Origin: Eledone cirrhosa
Taxonomy: Eukaryota
Direction of reading: 5' to 3'
Length of the DNA stretch: 64,000 bases
Assembly (NCBI GenBank): GCA_964016885.1
Contig: OZ024741.1
Location: forward strand, 331,886,001 to 331,950,000
The position numbers were made by a program, and so were the translations under genes. Each line of letters opens with the position of its first letter. Positions within the stretch are counted from its first letter, which is position 1. Under the pieces are notes generated by a model. That model was not told the DNA's origin, did no database searches, and was given only the letters and a program-made list of their open reading frames with translations. Of the stretch, positions 55,485 to 64,000 are shown one piece after another.

Positions 55485-58400
55485 AGAATATACATTCTTC
55501 TGGAAAGGAAGGAACCAGAAGAGAGGCTGGGGTAGCATTTGCTGTTAAGACTGTTCTTGTGAATAAATTAGAAGAATTCCCAGTAGGGATTAGTGAGCGT
55601 CTTATGTCCATGAGAATTTTGCTGGACAAAGGAAGATATACGACCCTGGTGGGTGTGTATGCTCCAACTATGAATTCTGTCGATGAAGAAAAAGTGTCCT
55701 TTTACCATGCCTTGAAAGGTGTTTTAAGAAATATCCCTCGGGCAGACAAAGTCATCGTGCTTGGTGACTTTAATGCTAGAGTGGGTAGGGATTTTAACAC
55801 ATGGAATGTAATCGGAAGGCATGGGGTGGGAAAGTGTAACAACAATGGTATGCTTCTGCTGCAGATGTGTGAGGAGCTGGATCTGTGTGTTACCAACACC
55901 ATGTTCCAACAAAAGAACAAATTCAAGACCACATGGATGCATCCTGCATCTAAGGAATGGCATCTTTTGGACTACATCCTAGTCAGGATGCGTGACAGAC
56001 TGGATGTGCAGTGTGTTCGTGCTCTTCGTGGAGCTGAGTGCTGGACGGACCACCACCTGGTACGCGCAAAAGTGAAACTAATCACTAAACGTAAAATCCG
56101 GGCTCCTGGTGTTGCCCTGCCCAGAAGATTGAATGCTGCTCATCTTAATGATAAAAATGTGAAGAGGACATTGCAAGAAGAGATGCAGGTTGCAGATCTT
56201 GGTGAGGATTGGCCGACCATTAAAAAGTCGGTTTATGATGTAGGCTGGCGTGTTCTGGGATTGGTGCAGAGAAAACATCAGGACTATTTAATGAGAATGA
56301 TGTACATATAGAAGACTTGTTGCCTGATAAGAGGCATGCTCTGTCACGCTACTTGATGGCAAAACCACAGGAGAAGAATACGTTGCATAAAGAACTCAAG
56401 GATGTGAAATCACGTGTTAGGTGGAGTCTTTCTCAGATGAAGGATCAGTGGTGGAGTGAGAAGGCTGATGAAATACAAACTGCGTGAGATTCCAATAACA
56501 CAAAGCTGTTGTACAGTCTCTTGCGTGAAGTTTAAGGACCGTCTTCTTCTCTGGTGACACCGCTTCGTAGCAAGGATGGCAAAGAACTTCTTCATGACTC
56601 ACAAGAAATTCTACGAAGGTGGTGAGAGCACTTTGATGATCTTTTGAATCAGCCATCTGTCGTCAATGAAGATTTCCTCAATCTCATTCCAGAAAGTCCT
56701 GTGAAAGTAGCTCTCGCAGAACCTCTGACACTTGTGGAGGTTGCAGTGGCTATCTCGAAGCTGAACAGTGGAAGATCTCCAGGTATGGATGGCATACATG
56801 CTGAGCTCCTATAATATGGTGGTGAGAGACTCCTGCAACATCTTCACTCTTTGTTTGGCAGGATATGGGAAAATGAATCCGTACCCGAGGACTGGAGAGA
56901 TGCAGTAATGGTGGTCTTGTATAAGGGAAAGGGTAACAGGAATGATTGTGGGAACTACAGAGGTATATCATTGCTTTCTGTCGTAGGGAAAGTTTTATGT
57001 AGGGTGCTTCTGGACCGTCTGCTGACACACATTGCAGATTGTGTTCTTCCTGAAAGTCAATCTGGTTTTTGTGCTGGACTGATATGATCTTTTCAGCTAG
57101 ACAGCTCCAGGAGAAGTGCATGGAACAAGGTTTGGATCTGTATCAGGTTTTTGCCGATCTGACAAAAGCTTTCGATACTGTTAACAGAAATGCATTATGG
57201 AAGGTTCTCCAGAAACTTGGTTGCCCTGATAAGTTCCTTGCTTTAGTTAGGTCTTTCCATGACAACATGAAGGCTTGGGTTAATCGACATGAAGCCTTGG
57301 GTTGTCGGAGGTAGCATGTCGGAGTCTATCTCAGTAAAAATGGAGTGAAACGGGGATATTCCAGCACCGACCCAGTTTGCCATATACTTTGCAATGGTTT
57401 TCTGTATTGCATTCAGGAATTGTGAGCATGATGCTTACATCCGATATCGAACCTCAGGCAGCATATTTATTTAACATCAGGCGCTTTCTGCAAAGACAAA
57501 AGTATTTACATCAATCATAAGAGACCTCTTGTATGCAGATGATTGCAATCTTGTAGCGCACACAGAGAGTGATATGCAGCACATTTTGAATGCATTTTCT
57601 GATGCTTGCACTGCCTAGGATTGACTGTCAGTGTCAAGAAAACCGTTGTCATGTACCAACCTGCCTCTGGTAAGCAGTACAGTGAACCAAATATCTATGT
57701 GTCTGGTAAACGACTTGGAGTGGTTGATCAGTTTGTCTACCTGGGAAGCACTGTCAATTGATACAGCAACCTTGATAGTGAAATCTCACTTAGGATTAGG
57801 AAAGCAAGTGATGCTTTCGGAAAGATAGAAAGGCGTCTCTGGGGTCGGCGAGACATATGCAAGAAGACAAAGGCAAAGGTGTACAAGGCATGTGTGCTCT
57901 CTTCTCTTCTTTATGCCTGCGAGACATGTGTCACATATCGACACCACCTTAAGCAATTGGAGCATTTCCATCAGATGTGTCTCGGATGGATCCATGGCGT
58001 TCACTGGAGGGATCACATCAGTGATGTCAAGATTTTGGAAAGCTCTATGTGTGACAGTAAAGAAGCTCTTGTGCTTAAGCAACGACTCCATTGGAGTGGT
58101 CACCTTGCCAGGATGAAGGATTCTAGAATACCAAAACAACTATTTTATATGGAGTGTTAGTTAAAGGAAAACGACCGCCACATAAACCAAAAAAGAGGTA
58201 TAAGGATTCCTTGAAAGCCTCTTTGAAAGACGCTAACATCTCTGCTGATACATGGGAAATGGAGAAAGACTGTATATGAGGGAAAAGTTGCCTTTGAGGC
58301 ATCTCGAATCGCATACGAGAAAGTAAAGCGGGAAGTGAGGAAGGGCATTGCTGGTGCACTTCCAGACGGCGTGGGTCCTCCTATGGTGCTGACATGCAGC

Positions 58401-58956
58401 GTCTGTGCGAGACTCTGCCTAAGCTAAGCTGGACTTGAAAGTCATCTTCACAGTCATAAAGTAAGACCAGTGGTTGACTACCAGGCTGCTGTTGGAGATG
58501 CTATTCATCATGCTTTCCAGAGAATGTAAATCAGCAGGAGGGCTCAAACGACATGCAAAAGTACATGAACTCCAACCACAGCCGGCTATTCCCAGTGAAT
58601 GTTTTGGTTGCCGACTCTGTGCAAGACATTAAAAAGCCACATTTGATCGCAGCGCTGTTAATTGCTATCGTGTGTGTGTGTGTATAGATATGTTTATGTG
58701 TGTGCGTGTGTGTGTATACATATATATGTATCCGAGGTTAACTTTGCCTTTCATCCTTACGGGGTCGATAAAAAAAATAAAGTACCAGTAATACACTGGG
58801 CAATTGCTGGCCTTGTGCCAAAAGTAGAAACAATTATTATCGTTGTTGTTGTCATTATTATTATTGTTGTTATTATTATTATTATTGTTATTAATATATA
58901 TATATATATATTTACCTCGTGCAATGGCCATACTCGATAACGAGAGGGCAGCCATC
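55485..58956 (+). mobile_element. Near full-length decayed RTE (BovB-like): APE + RT + C2H2 fingers
   Basis: APE motifs GVAF, YAPT, LGDFNARVG, LDYILV, TDH; RT motifs NYRGISLL, DLTKAFDTV, LLYADD; fingers at 58390-58650; 3' end resumes at 58910 after a SINE and microsatellite. Confidence 0.93.
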
Positions 58957-59102
58957 ATATATATATATATGTATGTTTGTGAGTCAATGCATGGATATAT
59001 CTATGTATTGAGGTCTATGTAGGCATACATCTGTTCGGATGAATGCATGAACAAATCTAGACTTATACATGCGTAGTGTGTCAGCATGTTTATATACATA
59101 TA

Positions 59103-59160
<58 letters not shown>

Positions 59161-59161
<1 letters not shown>

Positions 59162-59356
59162 CAAAGGAATTGTGGTAAGGAACCAGATGGACCATAACGT
59201 ACTAGAGTACTCAATACTTAGAGTAGTAGAGTGGGAAATAGGAAGAAGTATGACCCCGGCGGCAGAGCTCAAGCCGTTTCGATGGCTATTTCTGGACTCC
59301 AGAAATAGCCGTCGAAACAGCTTGATCTGTGCCGTTGGGGTCATACTTTTTCCTAT
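59161..59356 (-). mobile_element. Fold-back family A (hairpin 59238-59356 plus tail)
   Basis: Same tail and arm as 19460 and 62627, in opposite orientation. Confidence 0.85.
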
Positions 59357-59360
59357 ATAT

Positions 59361-60716
59361 CATCATCATCATCATCATCATCATCATCGTTTAACGTCCA
59401 TCTTCCACGCTCGCATGGGTTTCGATGGGAGTTTTCCCACTTGAGGCAAGATTTGTTGTCCTGCTCGTATAGGACTGTCTGGCGGGTTTTCTACGGCTGG
59501 ATGCCCTTCCTAACACCAACCACGTTTACAGTGCGGACTGGGAGGTTTTTACCATGTTACCTACACGGCCACATTACAGCGTGGACTGTGTGTTTTTTTG
59601 TCGTGACACCTACACGACCTCATTTGTTTCGGACTGGATGTTGTGGTACCAACATAACTTCACATTTAAGGGGGTGGTGTGGATGGGGTGGGGGTAGTGT
59701 ACTTAGGCAAGGCGTGTCTTCTGTATGACTGTGTAGCGCCAAAGATCTCGGTCCAGTGACATTGTCTTGGAGAGGTGTAAGTGTGTGAGGTCGGAATTTA
59801 TCAAGTCGTCCCAGGTTTTTCTGGGTCTGCCTACTCCGTGGCTACCATCTATTTTTATCGCCCTGCACTTTTTTATACAGCTGTCGTCTTTCATGCGCAT
59901 CACGTGACTGTACCAACGTAGTTTTCTCTCGAGTAAACAATATCTGATCCCTCTTATTCCTAATTTCTCCCTTAGTTCGTTTATGCTTTGCCCTTCACAT
60001 ATATTACTATTACACATCCAGCGGAGCATGCAAGCTTCATTTCTCTCCAGTCTGCGTAAATCCTCTGCACACAATGCCCAGGTCTCACTGCCATGTAACA
60101 TTGCTGTTCGTAAGCAGGCATCATATAGCCTGCCTTTCATTTTTAGAGAGAACCCTTTAGTGGCCAATATTGGTGGATTAGCAGTATCGGTAGAGGGCCG
60201 GACGCCATGCTTTGACGCATACAGTTACGTCCCTTGCCATTCTGAGTTCAAATCCCGCCAAGGTTAACTTTGCCTTTCAACCTTACGGGGTCGATAAAAT
60301 AAAGTACCAGTAATGCACTAGGTATTTGCTGGCCTTGTGCCTAAAGTAGAAACAATTGTTAAGGGCGGTGGATTGGCAGTATCGGTAGAGGGTCGGACGC
60401 CATGCTTTCCAGCATAGTTACATCCCTTTACGATCTGAGTTCAAATCCCGCCGAGGTTGACTTTGCCTTTCATCCTTACGGGGTCGATAAAATAAAGTAC
60501 CAGTAATGCACTGGGTAATTGCTGGCCTTGTGCCTAAAGTAGAAACAAATATTGGTATAAGCTCTCTGAACTTTTTCCATCCCGTTCTGACTCTAGCTAC
60601 TGTACTTTCAGAGCACCCTCCCCCACTGCTGATTTTGTCACCCAGGTAATGGAAGGTGTCCACTATTTCTATAGAACCATCTGTGCAATGGAATGAGCTA
60701 GTATTCTGTGGGCTCT
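59361..60716 (-). mobile_element. 5'-truncated RTE interrupted by a SINE dimer (60175-60547)
   Basis: The ORF pieces 60418-60663 and 59703-60167 join; TSD aatattggt at 60166-60174 and 60548-60556. Confidence 0.93.
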
Positions 60717-61142
60717 TATATATATATGTATAGGCCGGTCGGCATTTTTTCTCTCTCTCGTTTACGATTTCACAGAACTTATGTTTACCGAATTCACAGA
60801 CTAGACCCCTTCTTCCTCCCGTTAGACCTGTGCGAAATTCCTTCCTTGCTCACATTTCAACCAGGTTTGATGGTCTTTATTCTCTCTCGTTCACGATTTC
60901 ACCGAACTTATATTCATGGAAATTTTTGGACTAGACTCGCTCTTCCTCACTTTTCGTTGCTTCACCATCTTTGTTTGTTTACACTCTCACTGTTCCGTTT
61001 ATTTACATGTCCCAACGACTTTCTTTAGCCGTTGCTCGCATCAACCGGAGGTATATGGTCTTTAAAGCGAAGAAATACCGATGATGGTTGGAAGATCACT
61101 GATGAGGTACTACTTTATTCATATATATATATATATATATAT

Positions 61143-61214
<72 letters not shown>

Positions 61215-61215
61215 G

Positions 61216-61280
<65 letters not shown>

Positions 61281-61439
61281 GTATATATATATATAATTTT
61301 TATAATTTTCTTATTTTACGTCTTTCATATTATTGTTCTGCATCCCCATGCATTGAACCACAAAGTTACTAAGACAAAACCTATATATTTGCTGGCATAG
61401 GTATGCATCTGTATATATATGTTAGTAGATATACTAAAT

Positions 61440-61490
<51 letters not shown>

Positions 61491-61492
<2 letters not shown>

Positions 61493-62390
61493 AATATATT
61501 ACACAAAGAGAAGTGTGTTACACAGTGAGATGTGTGTAAAGAATTATTACAAGTGAGTTTTACCGTTATTGTTAACAATATCTACAGGTTTAGCAATTAA
61601 ATAGAAAAAAAAAAGTCAGAATCAAATCTCTGAATTAGAGTTTTAAATTACCAACCTTATAACTATAAGTTTGCTGATACGAATCTCGTTCGTTTCACCA
61701 CCGATATGTGCAGTATAACAGTTCACAGGATCCTCTCTTTCTGTAATATATTGCATTTGAGCTCAGAAGAAAATTCTCTATTCTTCTTTGAGCTAATATT
61801 ATTATTATTACTGTGAACTGCGGAATACTCTTAATTCCGATTTTTGTATACTTAACGAGCTCCAAATTGTTGAGCTAATAAATTCGAATGGTTGGGCTGC
61901 ACTCTCTAGCATTTTCCCCAATCCATGAGTCCCTTTATTTGATGCAAATAACATGTGATTTCGCCCTACTCTGGGCAGCGTGTATAATAGCTTTCTCTCT
62001 ATCCATGAGGTTAGATGTGTCGTGAACAGAATCTACATTTGCTGACTGAGGATCCTGTGAACTGTTAAACTGCACATGTCGGTGGTGAAACAAACGAGAT
62101 TCGTATCAGCAAACTTATAGTTATAAGGTTAGTAATTTAAAACTCTAATTCAGAGATTTGATTCTGACTTAGTTTTTTTCTATTTAATTGCTAAACCTGT
62201 AGGTGTTGTTCTCGATACAGTAACGGTAAAACTCACTTGTAATAATTCTTGACACACATCTCACTGTGTAACACACTTCTCTTTGTGTAATATATTTGCA
62301 TTTGAGCTCAGAAGAAAATTCTGTATTCTTCTTTGAGCTAATATTATTATTATTACTGTGAACTGTGGAATACTCTTAATTCCGATCCTT

Positions 62391-62394
<4 letters not shown>
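61491..62394 (+). mobile_element. Retrozyme/mini-PLE-like element: 245-bp inverted arm plus 1.2 copies of a 544-nt non-coding hammerhead monomer
   Basis: 61491-61735 is inverted relative to 62048-62298; 61734-61848 is repeated directly at 62278-62394; TA flanks. Confidence 0.88.
62038..62113 (+). ncRNA. Type-I hammerhead ribozyme motif
   Basis: tttgctga-CTGAGGA-(34 nt)-GAAA-caaa cgaga ttcGTA-tcagcaaa; the inverted arm has cgaa/ttcg in stem III. Confidence 0.8.
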
Positions 62395-62451
<57 letters not shown>

Positions 62452-62454
<3 letters not shown>

Positions 62455-62608
62455 CAAAGGGGTATTTAATTTGTTGGTAATTCAACAAATATATTTATAA
62501 CAGATTCGAAGCACTCGACAGGTTTTCTGGAGTATAATATCGATGATATTAATAAATGGAAACTATATTTATATTTATATATAGTTTCCATTTATTAATA
62601 TCATTGAT
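62452..62608. mobile_element. Fragment of the 19680-type element ending in a terminal hairpin
   Basis: 62452-62520 matches 19680-19750; atgatattaataaatggaaactata pairs with tatagtttccatttattaatatcat. Confidence 0.75.
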
Positions 62609-62626
62609 TTATATATATATATATAT

Positions 62627-62786
62627 ATAGGAAAATGTATGACCCTGACGGGTGAGCTCAAGCTGTTTCGATGGCTATTTCTCTGCCGTCGGAGTCATAC
62701 ATTTTCCTATTACCCGCTGCACTACCCTAAGTATTGAGTACTCTGGTGCGTCATGGTCCATCTGGTTCCTTACCAGAACTCCTTCG

Positions 62787-62788
<2 letters not shown>
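62627..62788 (+). mobile_element. Fold-back family A (asymmetric hairpin plus tail)
   Basis: ataggaaaatgtatgac pairs with gtcatacattttcctat; shared tail. Confidence 0.85.
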
Positions 62789-62839
<51 letters not shown>

Positions 62840-63276
62840 TATATATGTATATATAACATATATACACTTCTGTATGCTGGTGGATTCTGATTAATTGTCC
62901 TCTCTCTGTCTTTGTATTTCTGTGTTTTGTTGATTGACTATATGTATGTTTGCATCTAAGTAGAAATTAAACTTTAGTCTGCACATGCATATGTGCATAT
63001 ATCTTGTGCACAAGCATATGAACATATATTGTGTGCACAAGCATATGTGCATATATTTTGTGAACTGTCATAGATGATCTTGCTGCTGCTGCTGTTGTTG
63101 TTGTTGTTGTTGTTGTTGTTCTATACATTCTTCATGTCTTTCAATTGACATGTTTATGCATATATTATGTGCATGCAAATGTTTCTGTTGAGGGACTGAA
63201 TTGTCACCATATACGCATATATACATATATATATGTGTATATATATATATATATGCACATACATATATATATATAT

Positions 63277-63385
<109 letters not shown>

Positions 63386-63440
63386 CATATATACATATAT
63401 ATATATACATATATAGACACACACATATATACATATATAT

Positions 63441-64000
63441 GGTGGCTGCCAACTCTTTTTCGAGTACGGCCACTACTTTATATCCATGTAGGAGAACTCC
63501 TACCGATGCGCTGAACGAGTGTGACTTTTTAGTCCAGCCAGCGACTTGAAAATTCTGGTACCAACACTACACCTGTGACAATTATTGGCACATAGTGCTG
63601 GGCCCATGGTACCATGTGACGACAAGTGCAGAGAGATCTCCAGATATAATGCAATGCCTGTGCCGTGAAGCTTTTATAGTGAGCAAAGGCACTGCACAAA
63701 GCCAGTCCCACTCTCTTAACCAAGATGATATTTACCAAAAAGAAGAACAAGTCAACATCATTGGATACCATCAGGGTTGCAGGTGTTATATCAGAGTTTT
63801 GATTCTCCTAGAATTCTGCCTTGACAAAGGCTAAGGGGTCATCTCTCCTGATGATTTTGGATGGCCATTGACTCTTAAGAGCTCCTTTGCCCTTTGACAG
63901 GTTTTGTTTTTAGTCCTGCAGGATGTCCAAAGTCACCCTCCTCACCAAGAACCCTTGGTGGGGTTGCCAGTTTAGTCGCCAACGACCCGACCATGATATG
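63441..64000 (-). mobile_element. RTE-derived fragment with a terminal C2H2-like finger, running off the window
   Basis: Reverse complement of 63577-63500 reads [25 protein letters not shown]; the 3' end resembles 58925-58955. Confidence 0.6.

Overview
Repeat-saturated, AT-rich metazoan genomic DNA (intronic or intergenic). It is most likely octopus/cephalopod; this is inferred from the SINE families, RTE tails and extreme (TA)n density. No host exon, rRNA or CRISPR is supportable, and nearly all short ORFs in the track are microsatellite or antisense artefacts. The recognisable content is: many 5'-truncated RTE LINEs (one family has a PHD-type C4HC3 finger inside the RT, another has C-terminal C2H2 fingers); a decayed Penelope-like element (PLE; RT plus GIY-YIG); a Tigger/pogo transposon with a nested, rearranged three-LTR Gypsy element; Tx1- and R4/Dong-like 3' ends; about 15 tRNA-derived SINE copies; and several MITEs. 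The most striking unexplained structure is a population of small non-coding elements embedded in (TA)n. They share a fold-back architecture (inverted arm, sense copy, unpaired tail), and about 8-10 type-I hammerhead ribozyme motifs were read directly from the sequence. Two are circularly permuted ribozyme monomers of about 544 and 445 nt (retrozyme or mini-PLE-like). A third (about 268 nt) has the same architecture but carries a tRNA cloverleaf instead of a ribozyme. All coordinates and folds were read by eye; ribozyme activity and family names need computational or experimental confirmation.
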